NCBI RefSeq assembly: GCF_006345805.1
Contig: NC_043011.1
Location: 14,396,464 to 14,460,463, forward strand
Direction of reading: 5' to 3'
DNA from: Octopus sinensis
Lineage: Eukaryota
Length of the DNA stretch: 64,000 nt
The stretch's first letter is position 1. Each line of letters begins with the position of its first letter. Below the pieces are notes generated by a model. That model was not told where the DNA came from, searched no databases, and saw nothing but the letters and a program-made list of their open reading frames with translations. Of the stretch, positions 1 through 13,395 are shown one piece after another. A program made the position numbers and the translations under genes.

Positions 1-2578
1 TCAGAAATTTACAAGAAATCAACAGAAAACAATTGCTTTTCTTGTTTTACTACTTGTACATAAAAAGTTATGAATAACGCGTTTTTCAGCATTTTCTGTC
101 ATTACTATGATTTAAAACCATTTTTAGTTTGGTTTCTAACACTTTAAGATATCATCGAGACGAGCCAAAGAGGAAGCTTCTGCAATGACCGTCTAATATT
201 CTGCAGATCACACCTGCACAGTCGTAGAAAAGGATAGATTAGATACATTAGACTATGCAGGTACAATGCTTGAAAAGAGACAGTAACATGATGGATGCAG
301 TTACTCTGAGTTAGTGTGTTACTCTGAGTTACTCTAAATCTGCTCAATTAGAGGCGTGTGAGTTAAGCAACAACAACAACAACAACAACGACGATGACCA
401 CAACAGCAGTATGGTGAATTGCTTAAAATTAATTTAAGATCTAATTTGTAAGTACGGAGTGAATGCTTTCAAAATTAATCTAGGAATTGTTTGGATAATC
501 TCAGTTGATTGAAGTTTTTCAACACAATATTATTTGAAATGTTAGACATAACTGTATTTATACGAGCAGAACCAACTTCATTATGCTTTTTGAATACGAA
601 CAGAGAAACTAGAGATTAACGGTCTATTGTCTTTTTATATTAACTTCGGATTTTGTAATTGCTATTAATCTCTTGCATTATTATTCTGTTATTGAAAGTG
701 ACATATTGTGACATATTGATAATTTGTAGATATAATCAATTTTCCTGTTTGTAACTTTAGCCCAGAACGTAAAAGCCAATGCATCCTTTCAATGCTTCTC
801 TACGTGCTGACGATTAGCTTTGAATTTTAACTTGGCAATGAAAGCCGAAGACGTCTGCTATTTGTTGGACTGCAGTTAAATTGAATTGTTTGGCGTTTGT
901 CCAAAATAACAACCAGGAATGACGATGAGAATAATAAGGTTTCTACGAGACAAATGGTCAAGCTGTATTGATTTCTCTCAAGAAATATCTGAACAAATGC
1001 TCCAATTTTTTTTTTGTGTGGAACCATTGTGTTAATAGTCAAAGGGAATTTGTACAGATGCTTTGATGATGAGCACATGTTGTCATGCGCGTCAACTACA
1101 GATTGGATATAAACCATTATAACCATTAATATTTGGACATCGATAACGAAAATTTGTAAAATAGTTTCGAAAAGACGTTTACCTAAAATGCAGAGATATT
1201 TTCGAAAATCGGTTGGTTTTGAGGGGACATCAAATCATTGACATTCTCGCGGGGTTACAGATGATTATGCGCCAGATTCGACTTCAGGGGGACTCGTGTT
1301 TATCTATATAGAACAATGTGGGATCCAAAACTCCTGTCGCAAACTGGGTATTTGTTCTCTCGCATTCTACACTGACGTATATTGTTGAGATGTTGAGTTG
1401 ATTCTGTGTCGAATTGTTGGAGTCCACCATAAATGGTCTGTCCCCATATGTATCGGTTGTCAACGATTCTCACTCATGCAAATTAATGTGAAATCTCTTC
1501 AGATTTCTTTTAAGTACATCTTTGAACCACTTCCTTTATTTCAACTCACGTCCGATTTCTTCCCTTCTGATAGAGGTAAAAAAAACCTGTTCTTCGGGTA
1601 ATCCAGGACTCGGTGTTCGCACAGACAGCTCTTTGAAACTGATGTTGCATAACAGTGGTTTCAATATAGAAAATATTAACTTGGTTGTGCATACGCAGAT
1701 ATTCTTATGTCCTTTCTGCCACTTAATGTGCATTATTCACCTCACTAATCTATGGTTTACGTAGATGTCAGCCATCACTTGTTCACGTTTCAGAAGTGTA
1801 TAGAGGAGTGGGTGCAATATCTGCTTCGGTTGTTTGTCTTAAAAATTGATCTCCATATGAAGAACGCGTTAACCCATTAAATCTGATGTTAGACTTCCTT
1901 AACAATATTAAACCACCTAGATATTGGAAGTCCAACTTCTGCCCTTGAACTCTAATGACTGGATCAGATCCTTACTAATTGGGTGCTTGTTGGTACAGAA
2001 CCTTAGTTTTACATATGTTGAGGACCAGCTCTATACTTTGATATGCATAAATGGAAATTTCTGAAATCGTCTGAAGCGCATGAGCCGAAAACACACTAAC
2101 TGTCGCATCATCTGATGTAGTCGTAATGTTTGTTCTGGTACGGGGGTCAAATTGAGTCAGTTTTCTGCGTAGCATATCTGACCATCAGATGAAGATCCGC
2201 CTATAGTGAATTCAAGGACAGCTGTGAGAAAGATGTGAAAAACGTGGGGAACAATTACACATGCATATTGTATTCCAATTTTCACTTCAAACTCATTTAA
2301 AATCTTTAGTAGAAGATTATTCAGAATTTCGGCTTTGCTGTTTTCAAAATCTGCATAAGTGCGAGGAAATTTTATTGGTAGCCAAGTTTGCTTCACATTT
2401 TCTAGAACGCTTTGCGATTTACGGAATCAAATGCTATGCTGAAGTCAAAGCAAACAATGTGCAGTAGTATGTATTGCTCAAGGAATTTCTCTTGTAACTG
2501 GCGAGTACAGAAGAACACAACTGTAGTACCTCTGGAAAATAGCAAATCAAATTGAGATTAGTTGACAATCTTATCGTA

Positions 2579-2743
2579 GGCGCAGGAGTGGCTGTGTGGT
2601 AAGTAGCTTGCTAACCAACCACATGGTCCCGGGCTCAGTCCCACTGCGTGGCATCTTGGGCAAGTGTCTTCTGCTATAGCCCCGGGCCAACCAAAACCTT
2701 ATGAGTGGATTTGGTAGACGGAAACTGAAAGAAGCCTGTCGTA

Positions 2744-2783
<40 letters not shown>

Positions 2784-2968
2784 GGTTGCTTGACAACCGA
2801 TGCTGATGTGTTTACGTCCCCGTCACTTAGCGGTTCGGCAAAAGAGACCGATAGAATAAGTACTGGGCTTACAAAGAATAAGTCCCGGGGTCGATTTGCT
2901 CGACTAAATGTGGTGCTCCAGCATGGCCGCAGTCAAATGACTGAAACAAGTAAAATAGTAAAAGCGTA
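2579..2968 (+). mobile_element. tRNA-derived SINE, family A (CORE-like body, internal (AT)n(GT)n array), nested in the RTE
   Basis: Head GGCGCAGGAGTGGCTGTGTGG with B-box-like GGGCTCAGTCCC, CORE-like CTTGGGCAAGTGTCTT, internal microsatellite ~2743-2782, tail ending GTAAAATAGTAAAAG; RTE reading frame resumes across it; other copies in the window. Confidence 0.85.
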
Positions 2969-3610
2969 ATGAGTAGATGAGTTGGATGAGCAGGATTTTA
3001 AAGTCAAAATCTTTCAGGCAACGGATAAAAATATGATTTTTCTATGGTTACACACAATCTGATTTGTTTTTTCTCTTGACGATGGTAATAATAGTTAGAT
3101 CTGTTATATCATCTGGTATCTCGTCTCGCGTCCAGATTAGCGGAGACAGTGAATGAAGTTTTGATGCTAGTACTTCATTGCTAAGTTTACATAGCTCAGA
3201 ACCCCACGAGACCCAAGTCCCCTGTTGCTTTTTACGGAACGGATGTTTGCAGTGTTAGTTGGTGCAGCTAAATTGTTCCCCACTGTCTTTTGTGCGATCA
3301 AATTATCTAAAGGCCTTTCGTTGGTCAAACAGTCACGATTAAGCAGATCTTCGAAATATTCTTTCCATCAGTTATCAACAGCTGCTTGTCCTTTTATAAG
3401 TTTGGTACTGTCTTTAGTTCTGAAGACACTGATTGAAATTTTTCAACATATGTCATCGTGTTATTGTAGAACCATTAATGAAAATATTTATCTCATAATC
3501 ATCTAGTTTCTGTATTTAAATTACTTTAGCTTGCTAGCAATTGTTTGTGTTAATTTACAGACTTTGCTTGCTGGCAAGCTTTTCTGTTGCGATCTTTATC
3601 CGTGTTTACT

Positions 3611-3915
3611 TGTTTGTTCCTTCTCGAGCCATGCCTGGCTCATAAGGGCCGGTTTCCCGGTTTCTTGGCGTATAGTTTCCCCACATGGATGGGACGCCGG
3701 TCCATCGCAGGTGAGCTGCAAGATGCAGGAGGAAAGAGTGAGAGAAAGTTGTGGCGAAAGAGTCAGCAGAAGTTTCGTCATTACCTTCTGCCGGAGCCAC
3801 GTGGAGCTTAGGTGTTTCGCTCATAAACACACATATCTTCCGGTCTGAGATTCGAACCCGCGATCCCTCGACCACGAGTCTGCTGCTCTAACCACTAGGC
3901 CATGTGCCTCCACAC
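3611..3915 (-). mobile_element. tRNA-derived SINE, family B (tail type 1), 13-bp TSD
   Basis: Minus strand starts GTGTGGAGGCACATGGCCTAGTGG (A box) and has GGTTCGAATCTC (B box); TSD ATCCGTGTTTACT at 3598-3610 and 3916-3928; near-identical copy at 11055-11358. Confidence 0.92.
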
Positions 3916-5344
3916 ATCCGTGTTTACTGAAGTATGAAAAACTGTTCTATTCCTGTCCATCAGTTGCTGGATTTGGGAATTTTCTCGTCGAATCTAATTT
4001 GAACTTTCTAGCTACGGAGTCCTTGGACTTTTGATAAACTGCAAAGATATCTGCCTTTAGAATGCACCATATATTTTTAGCAGTGTTGCAGTGTCTAGGC
4101 TGACGGATAACAGCTTACTATCTTGGCAATGTGGAAACTGGTTATCCTTTATTCAGTATGAGAGAATACAGTATTAACTTTTCACTGGCATCATTTCTGC
4201 TGCTGACGTTACTTTGAAGCGGATTGAATTGCCATATTAATTCGTATTAGGTGGTGGTCCGTTCAGCGATTGTCGGCTCCTGTCATGACATTTGTTATGT
4301 GAACATTTGTGGGATCACGTATCCGTACACTGACATAGTCAATCACATGCCAGTTATCTGCTGTTAATGGCATACGATTTGTTTGAAGATACTTCGATAA
4401 CCCTTGTATTTGCATATCGGAATAGTGTGCCGATAATGACTAAGTCCCATGTATTTGGTTTAAAGCAGAGCGGCATTTGAATTAGCTATGTCTTTAACCT
4501 CCTTCAAACTGTACCATTCCAAAATTTCGAATCTTTACTAAGTCGACCATTTGGCTTACTCATCACGATGATTTTGTTATGTTTTGGTGTTCTGGATAAA
4601 ACATAGTCTAAGTTTACTTAGACTGAAATCTGTATCTGATTCATATGTGACCAATTCGTACTGTTGACTGTCGTATCAAAGCCAGAAGACTTGAATCGTT
4701 GAGTCACCAATCTTTCACTGATGCCAGTAGGTCGTTCGGGTAGTGAGCAGATCATTTTAGACTGAAAATCCTAATCAAGTTAAGACTGCACTTGTGGTGG
4801 TTTTCTCTTCAAAAAGAAGGTACGTTCATTGCTATTACTCTTTAGCCATCTCTTATCGGCTAATCTTATTTCACTAACTGCTGCAATGTCAATAGTGAAG
4901 TGAGCCAATTTCTCAGAGACGAGTACTGTCTCATTCCTCTTGAAGTTGATGAGTTTCTACATAAGTGTCCGAACTGATCCCCTGAATGTGAAGATCTAGT
5001 CGAGAAAACTGACACAAGTTGTGTTTGAGACACCTTTTTTCCCTCTTCCCAATACAGTTGAGCAATGTAAACCATGGAAAAGACCTTTGGATGCAACTAC
5101 TGTCTGATGACCATTACACATCTTTTGACCACCGCTTTTGTACCTTTTCATGATTAAGGGCTCTTAGATGCGTCACATCTGCTTCGGACTTTGGGTATAG
5201 GATACAGGTGCGGGGCTTTGTTTAACGCGAGAGAAATTGCTGTATATCACATTTTTCCAGGCTGTTAGTCCAATGGAAAACTATTGCAGCCATCATCTGA
5301 CGTCACGACATCTAGCACCTAATGGCATATCAACTAGGTAGTTA

Positions 5345-5727
5345 GGATCTTTTCGGTTTGAACAGCAGTTTTTTCTAGCGGTGTCATATGAAATTGTCAC
5401 CCATAATTATGACCCTAGTATCAATCTATTGCATTTCAATCTGTTTTAGGGTTTCTTCAGAAATGTAAATAAACCCAATCTGTTTCTTAAACGAGGGACA
5501 TATTCATACGGCATATAATGTTTTCACCTCAATAGACGTCATTGATTGGTTGAAATTGCAGAAATTGAAGAAAAACAGCAACAAATATCTTACAAGCTAT
5601 AGAATTTTCTCAATAAAGCCAAGAGAAAAAGATGTTTTATAAACACATTCTACCTGAATTCGAAGTTTAAAAGTGTTTAGTTACGTGGAAATTATATTAA
5701 AAACTGCTGTTCAAACCGAAAAGATCC
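5345..5727 (+). mobile_element. Non-autonomous DNA transposon (MITE), Merlin-like, copy 1
   Basis: 27-bp TIR GGATCTTTTCGGTTTGAACAGCAGTTT; 8-bp TSD GGTAGTTA (5337-5344, 5728-5735). Merlin assignment is inferred from GG termini plus 8-bp TSD. Confidence 0.9.
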
Positions 5728-6675
5728 GGTAGTTATGCCATGAAGTGCTTTTATAAATGTATATATAAGTGCCAGTATACATATGTTCCCCCAAAATAAA
5801 TTTCTGTATAATCACTCTTCTTATTCCCTTTAATGACGGTTTATCGCTGACATACGACATACGTTGCAAAATTTCAATTAGTGTCCTCTTTCAGTAAGAA
5901 TAGTAAGTGATTTTCCGTTTCTTAGCAATATTGACACAGATTTATGGCAATTTATACTGAAAAACCGATGTTTTCACTTCAAACAAAAATATTCGTTACT
6001 ATATTTAAAATGAAAAAAAGACTTTAGATGATTTTCCAACTTGATTTTGTAGATTCTCACTTTATAACTGATCCTTCGGATCAATAATCCTAATTCTTAG
6101 AACATGTCTGGCAGACATTCAACGCATGCAAAGTTATTCGATGAAAATTGCATCTTATAAGCTGTAGATGATTTTCTGTTCAATAGCAATTTCCAAGTTA
6201 AAAATATATATTTCATCTTAGTAACTATTTAATCAGCGAAGTGTGTCCACGGTTGTACCGAACTCAGATCATCTTTGATTGATTTTCGGCCATCTTGAAA
6301 GTGGTAGAGTGGCTCTGCTAAGCAACTGACTTACTCAACTAACCATACTGAAGAATCATTACCATTTTTAACGCTTGGAAGATTCCTACTTTACTTTAGA
6401 TGCACACATATTACTTCTTCTTTATCATGACAAGTGCATGTGAACAATACTTTGAACAATACTAGCATAAAACGATCTGTTCTTGGGATAAATTAATATT
6501 AATGGTATGTACATTTTGCATTTCTGTTCACTGTCTTTATATTGTCACTTATAATACAATACTTAGAACACATTTTGATCAGGCTCAGAATTCTTTAGTA
6601 ATGTCATTTATATAACGATTTTCCAGTTTCTTTGCTTATTATATTTTTCTAATTATATGCACACATATAAACACA

Positions 6676-6740
<65 letters not shown>

Positions 6741-7502
6741 GTATTTTCGTGCTGAACTTTTGATTTATGTATTTCTATGGCTCGTCTTATGTTGAAAGTA
6801 ATTTTCCTTTCTCGCTAAGATTTTTCTATCATTTCCATGAGTTTATTATTATCTCTTCACAAAACTGTTGCACTGTTTAAGCAGTGGTGATAGAAGTGCT
6901 TGAGTGATTAGAAAACCTGAGCAGCTGTTATGCACACTTTACTGATGAGAACTAATATCCCAGTTTCCAAACCTGTTGCGATCAATTTAGCTCTATGAAA
7001 TACCGAGGTTGATTTCTACTCATAAAAGACCATTATTTTATCACATTCTTCATGAATTATCAATTTAGTTTGCCATTTCGTGATGGTGCATGGCGTTTAT
7101 GCTTAATTTTTTTTTATTGATTACGAAGACAATAAAGAAAGAGGAATCAGAAGGCAGAATTTCAAAACCTATTTAAATGGCATTATCAGTAAAGTGATAT
7201 AAAGTTAAATGACATCAAGGGGAGTTTGAAACTCCAAGCGGTCATCTCTCGTCTACGACACACGTGACATATTTACTCAGCATTGTGGCAAGAGTTGTAG
7301 AAAAACAGGCTCTCATCGAATCAAGTTAAAGGTTCTAATGTAGATACACTTCATGTCATAAAGCTAAAGTCTTTGAAGTGTACAGTGTCTATATTTGTCC
7401 ATGATCGGAAAACATAGTGCCTCTTTACTAAGGCGACAGACGCCTATATTGACGGGTGCGGAGCGTGCGGTCATACGTATTTAGTGGTCAATTTTATTAA
7501 CT

Positions 7503-7636
<134 letters not shown>

Positions 7637-7828
7637 CAAGGTCGGCAACCTTTTGAGGGGAGAGGGAAGTCGATTACATCAATGTATATATTCAACGGGT
7701 ACTTATTTTAACGATCCAAAGAGGGTAAAATATAAAGACAACCTCGGCGGAATTTGAACCGAAATTGTAAAGAGCTGGAAGAAATGCCACTAAGCATTTT
7801 GCCCGATGTGATTCTACCAGCTCACCGC
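7637..7828 (-). mobile_element. SINE family C, degraded copy
   Basis: Reverse-complement similarity to 58583-59014 (CTCGGCGGAATTTGAAC, CCAGCTCACCGC). Confidence 0.75.
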
Positions 7829-7894
7829 TTTAATAATGATGATGGTGGTGGTGGTGATGATGATGATGATGATGATGATGATGAGGATAATTAC

Positions 7895-8550
7895 CGTACA
7901 GGAAGAAGCCATTAGAACAAACTTAAAGAGACAAAGATTAATAAAATTTAGTCAGAGAGCAAATACAAAATCTATGAAAAAGAAGATGAAAGTATTAACA
8001 ATCTCTTAAGTGAACGTAGTAAGCTCGCACAAAAAGAATATAAGCGTTGGCACGACTGTGTCGGTAAAATGGTTTACTGGAATATTTGGCGAGTATGACA
8101 GACAAGTGGTATGAACATGAACCAGAAGCTGTGATTATGAATAAATAATAACAGGATTTTATAGAAATTTTCATAAAGACGGAATATACAATTAAAGCAA
8201 GGTGACCAGATAGAATAGTTGAAGACACTCACACCAAAAAAAAAAAAAAAAAAGAAAAAACCCAGCAGAAAACATACAATGTGAGATCACAAACTTTCCA
8301 ATGACATGTAATAATTGAATAGATACCAAAGAAATTGAGAAAATTGAGAAATATCAGCCAAAGGGATATTGTGGAAGACCAAGGTGATAATTATTTCTGT
8401 AATAACTGGTACATATAGCATAACAACGAAACTGCTACCTAAGAGGCTGAAGGATATTGCAATTAAGAACCTGTATTCTGCAAGAGTCGTAGGAAACATT
8501 CTTGAGATTTGAAGATACTTATTGAACCTTAAGACAATATCCCTGCTAAC
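7895..8550 (+). mobile_element. 3' fragment of an R4/Dong-like LINE (restriction-like endonuclease region)
   Basis: Translates to DESINNLLSERSKLAQKEYKRWHDCVGKMVYW, DKWYEHEPEAV, IKAR*PD, EIEKIEKYQ, VIIISVITG, as in R4-clade C-termini; followed by (CTA)n at ~8575-8615. Confidence 0.8.
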
Positions 8551-8578
8551 TAAAGTAACATGTAATAGCTTTAAGCTG

Positions 8579-8617
<39 letters not shown>

Positions 8618-8619
8618 AT

Positions 8620-8924
8620 CGCTTAATCTTTCGGCACAGAACGTGAAGACGGACGAAATGCCGCAAAGCATTTCGCCCATTGAGCTAACGATTCCACTAG
8701 TTCACCGTCTTAATAATCCTTTCTGCTATAGGCACAAAGCTGGAAATTTGTGGGTGGGTGGATGGGGGCAGTCCATTAGATCGACCCCCATTACACAATT
8801 GATACTTAATTTATCGATCTTGAAAGGGTGAAAGGCAAAGTCGACGTCGGCGGAATTTGAACTCGGAACGTAGCGAGGGGCGAAATACCGCTAAATCGTC
8901 CAGAGTGCTAACGATTCTGCCTTC

Positions 8925-8925
<1 letters not shown>
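8620..8925 (-). mobile_element. SINE family C, one full and one partial copy
   Basis: GAAAGGCAAAGTCGAC..GGCGGAATTTGAACTC and ATACCGCTAA blocks match the reverse complement of 58583-59014. Confidence 0.8.
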
Positions 8926-8926
<1 letters not shown>

Positions 8927-9020
<94 letters not shown>

Positions 9021-9072
9021 TGATAATATGATGATATTAATAATAATATGATAATGATAGATAATAATAATA

Positions 9073-9103
<31 letters not shown>

Positions 9104-9180
9104 ACACAATAATGATGAATAATAATACAATAATAATAATAATAATAATATAATAATAATAATAATAATACATAATAATA
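8927..9180 (+). repeat. (TAA)n microsatellite
   Basis: Read directly; source of the poly-I and poly-Y ORFs. Confidence 0.98.
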
Positions 9181-9194
9181 ATGTTTGACGATAA

Positions 9195-9350
9195 CTTTCA
9201 AATTTCAGCACAAGGCCAGCAGTTTTAGGGGTAGCAGGTTAGTTTATTCCATCCACCCCATTACTTGACTAGTACCTTTTTATTTTTATCGACTCCGAAT
9301 GGCATGAAAGGCATTGCCGATCTGAGAAGGATTTGAACTCAGCGCATAAA
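9195..9350 (-). mobile_element. SINE family C, degraded copy
   Basis: TTTATCGACTCCGAA..ATGAAAGGC..GGATTTGAACTCAG blocks shared with other family C copies. Confidence 0.65.
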
Positions 9351-9709
9351 GATCGGGTCCAACATCCAGCACAGCCCTTTCTGTCGCTCCAGCGCAAAAA
9401 TTGACATTATGTTTCAAGTGCAACGTTTTGTTTTTTTTTTTGTTTTTACTGCAATAATTTTGCAAGTTTTTCAGATGTGGAAGCTGGACAAAGTTAGAGT
9501 AAAGTGCTTTGCATACGAATAAGACGTAATGCCTTCATCAAAGCTTGAACTACGTGACATATCGACCTGTTGTCCGGCCTTTTAGCAATTTGCCCACTGT
9601 TTATTCATATTGATCTATAAAGGCAATGGGAAGCCTTGTAGGTTGCTTGCAGACATATATGTCACACCATTATGGCAGCTGACAACTCTTCGCCTGGCCA
9701 CAAGCAGAT

Positions 9710-9711
9710 TC

Positions 9712-9742
<31 letters not shown>

Positions 9743-9744
9743 TT

Positions 9745-9780
<36 letters not shown>

Positions 9781-9788
9781 TCCTTTTT

Positions 9789-9844
<56 letters not shown>

Positions 9845-10043
9845 TCCTTTTTCTTTTTCTTTCTTTCTTTCTTCCTTCCTTCCTTCCTTCTCTTTCTTTC
9901 TTTCTTCTTTCTTGCTTTCTTTCTTCTTTCTTTCTTTCTTTCTTTCTTCTTTCCTTCCTTTCTTTCCTCTTCCTTCCTTCCTTCCTCCTTCTTTCTTTCT
10001 TCCTTCCTTCCTTCCTTCCTTCCTTACTTCTTTCCCGTGTTTT

Positions 10044-10109
<66 letters not shown>
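9710..10109 (+). repeat. (TTTC)n/(TTCC)n polypyrimidine microsatellite
   Basis: Read directly; the FLSF/KERK ORFs are artefacts. Confidence 0.98.
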
Positions 10110-10367
10110 GCCTTTATCGTCCATTGATTTATTCTGTACGTGTTTACCTTCATACACAAAAGCCTATCAATATGATGAAAAGAAAATTCTGTACTGTATT
10201 TCCTAGACTCGAGGAAGAACAACAACACGACCGGCAACAACAAAGACAATTAAAAGAAAGCGAGTTACACTGCTTAATAATTCTTTTTTAATCGCAATGG
10301 TTTCAACAACATAAGACGACCAGTATCTCTCTCTCTCTGTATATAATATATACATATATATATATAT

Positions 10368-10406
<39 letters not shown>

Positions 10407-10536
10407 ATTTATTATAAATATATATATACATTATATAGATATGCATATATATATACATATATAATATATACATATATAGATATATATATATACATACTAT
10501 ATATATATATATATATATATATAGTATAATATATAG

Positions 10537-10585
<49 letters not shown>

Positions 10586-11054
10586 TGTGTGTGTGTGAGG
10601 GAGGGAGTGTGTGTAAAACTACATAGATAGCATTATCGCTGGTCGTTGAAATAAGTATTTAAGTTTATATATGAAAGAGTATAAAATAAAAGAAAATCAT
10701 TCATAGAGCTCTACAACTGCTTAAATTCTGATAGACAGTGGAGAACCACTGTATAGATTCAATAGATTAAAGAATAACTGTATTAGACAGCTTATACAAA
10801 GAATCAAAATTGATTTAATAATGTCTTACTGTAAATAAGATTAGATGTAAGTGTCGTATATAACTAAATACTGAAGTTTTGCAATATTTTATTTCGTTCC
10901 TTTGAGTACTGAGTTTCAGTCATTCTGATATCAACCTTAACTCTCATGTTTCAGAGACGATGTAGGGATTAAAAAATGTAGGGATTCAGAAATGACTAAT
11001 GTACATGGTTACGCTGTGGTTTTTAAAATGTTACCAACTCTAAACGAAAAGTCT

Positions 11055-11358
11055 GTTTGTTCCTTCTCGAGCCATGCCTGGCTCATAAGGGCCGGTTTCC
11101 TGGTTTCTTGGCGTATAGGTTTCCCACCTGGACGGGACGCCGGTCCATCGAAGGTGAGCTGCAAGATTCAGGGGGAAAGAGTGAGAGAAAGTTGTGGCGA
11201 AAGAGTCAGCAGAAGTTTCGCCATTACCTTCTGCCGGAGCCGCGTGGAGCTTAGGTGTTTCGCTCATAAACACACACATCGTCCGGTCTGAGTTTCGATC
11301 CCGCGATCCCTCGACCGTGAGTCCGCTTCTCTAACCACTAGGCCATGTGCCTCCACAC
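11055..11358 (-). mobile_element. SINE family B (tail type 1), 12-bp TSD
   Basis: Near-identical to 3611-3915; TSD AACGAAAAGTCT at 11043-11054 and 11359-11370. Confidence 0.92.
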
Positions 11359-11394
11359 AACGAAAAGTCTAGGCTATGATGGTACAATAATATT

Positions 11395-11572
11395 GGTACA
11401 GGGCCAGAAATTTCGGGGAAAGGGATAAGTCGATTAGATCGACCCTATTGTTCGACTGGTATACTATCAACACCGAAAGGATGAAAGGAGCAATCGACCA
11501 TAGCGGAATTTGAACTCAGAGCATAAAGACAGACGAAATACCGCTAAACATCCTGCCAGCTTGCCGCCCTAA
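11395..11572 (-). mobile_element. SINE family C copy
   Basis: CCGAAAGGATGAAAGG..GCGGAATTTGAACTCAGA..GACGAAATACCGCTAA shared with other copies. Confidence 0.8.
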
Positions 11573-12409
11573 GATGCTACTGTAATATTAAAAAACAACA
11601 ACAAAAAACAACACTAAACAAAACAAAAAAAACCTTGTGGTTGAAAGAGCAGAGCCTTCAAACCTGCACACGACCTCTCCACGTTTGGTGTAAAGGCGCA
11701 ATGGAGGGGAGTTTCCTATAATTAGTCCTAGAACACTGTACAAAAATACTGAATATTCTAAATATTCAGTCGGAATCCTCTCAATATTCACTTGAACATA
11801 ATGGGGGCCGCTCTTTTACCTATTTATCAATATCTGGTATCTCTGCGCAATATAGATCCATCTAACCAACAAAAGATCAACGTTTCAAATTCAAACAGGG
11901 AACCATGACACCAACAGATTCAAATGAACATTTTTTTCCATCTACATCTTTGACCGCTTCTCATTTAGTATTTCCGGATTTATCCTTTATCTCTTCACTT
12001 TCTTCAATTTTCCCTCCACCACAGCAGATTCTCTTTCATTCTTTATTTCCCTTTCATTCCTTCACCTTCCATCTAGTTTCTCTTAATACTTCCTTGTCCA
12101 TGTATTTATTCTCACTTTTTCTTTTGATCCCCATCAGTTGCAGCCATTCGCTCGAACATAGAGGATGTAAAAATTCTTCTGTCTTTCCTTTTGTTGTCCC
12201 TTACCATCTCAACTTTGAAGAAAGACAGAAACTTCACTACCCATGGCAATATTACTTTACTCTTTCCATCAAATTTTAAGAAATACATTGTTGCACTCAC
12301 ACATACACAAATGTAAATCTATATGCACATGCATTTATACATATAATATTTACAAAAAAATTACTTGCTGAGTTAAATTTAGTTAGTAAGTCAAATAGAA
12401 CTTTTCATT

Positions 12410-12423
12410 TATTATTATTATTA

Positions 12424-12466
<43 letters not shown>

Positions 12467-12529
12467 ATATCATCATCACCACCATCATCATCATCACCAC
12501 CATCATCATCATCGTCATCATCATCATCG

Positions 12530-12577
<48 letters not shown>
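12410..12577 (+). repeat. Compound (ATT)n(CAT)n microsatellite
   Basis: Read directly. Confidence 0.97.
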
Positions 12578-12800
12578 ATTAATTAATAAGGTAAATGGAT
12601 GTATACTAAATATAGTTATTTAGTATAATGAAGACATCTTATTTGTAGTAAGTAATTAATATCAAATTAATAACATAATGATGTATTAATTTTCTAAAAT
12701 TTATATTATTATATAGATTAAGATGACAAAACTTAAAGATATAATATATATATATTATATATATATATATTTATATATACACACACACATACGTATGTAT

Positions 12801-12843
<43 letters not shown>

Positions 12844-13145
12844 GAATATATACATATATATATTATATATATACAATATATATGTATATATAATACAAAC
12901 ACATATAAATATATACACATATATATATATAATATATATATATATATATTATATATATATATATATATATAATATTATATATTAGCAATTAAGGACAACT
13001 TCTAATAAGGAAAACTTAACAAGAAATTATCGGGTAGATAGCTGGAAAGACCTCATAAGAGAAAAATTTCGAAAATAATTCTTTCTTGTTGAACATATTA
13101 ATTTTATATATAGGGGCAGGGTTCTCGTATTTTATGATACGTCCA

Positions 13146-13192
13146 GGCTTGCTGATGAATACAGAGGTATGAAATCACAGGTGATACAAGTC
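13146..13192 (+). ncRNA. Type I hammerhead ribozyme, intact core
   Basis: GGCTTG-CTGATGA-ATAC(AGAG)GTAT-GAAA-TCAC(AG)GTGA-T-A-CAAGTC: stem I 6 bp incl. one G-U, stem II 4 bp, stem III ATCAC/GTGAT, AUA cleavage triplet. Activity not tested. Confidence 0.8.
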
Positions 13193-13350
13193 CATATTTT
13201 TAAATGTCTTACTTTGAAAAATTGCATTCGGTGGGATAGTAAAATTTTTGTAGTAGAAATGACTAATTTTGTCCCTCTTAGCGTGTGGCATGTATGTATA
13301 ATAATGCCCTCTCTCTCTCTATCTATCTCTCTCTCTCTATATATATATAC

Positions 13351-13395
<45 letters not shown>

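Larger units (their letters stand above)
885..5100 (-). mobile_element. Degraded near full-length RTE-clade (BovB-like) LINE: AP endonuclease + reverse transcriptase, interrupted by two SINEs
   Basis: Manual minus-strand translation gives ordered motifs: APE FTIDIAAVSEIRLAD (~4850-4900) and WHVIDYV...TDHHLI (~4250-4360); WKEYFEDLLNR and IWTRDEIPDD (~3050-3400); RT CTRQLQEK..FDFSIAFDSVNRK (~2410-2510), FEVKIGIQYACVIVPHVFHIFL, LNICKTKVLYQ, TPLLYTSET, MHIKWQ, FKDVLKRNLK. Many stops and frameshifts; 3' limit approximate. Confidence 0.9.

Noticed and set aside
2579-2660. tRNA gene calls for SINE heads (also 24870-24948, 57595-57670)
   Set aside because: A and B boxes are present but there is no acceptor stem or Pol III terminator, and the sequence continues into SINE bodies with TSDs.
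6940-6985. CTGATGA-GAACT..AGTTT-CCAAA hammerhead-like motif
   Set aside because: GAAA core absent and stems I and III do not pair.
9610-10291. Overlapping FLSF/KERK ORFs and similar poly-residue ORFs across the window
   Set aside because: Microsatellite artefacts with no domain content.
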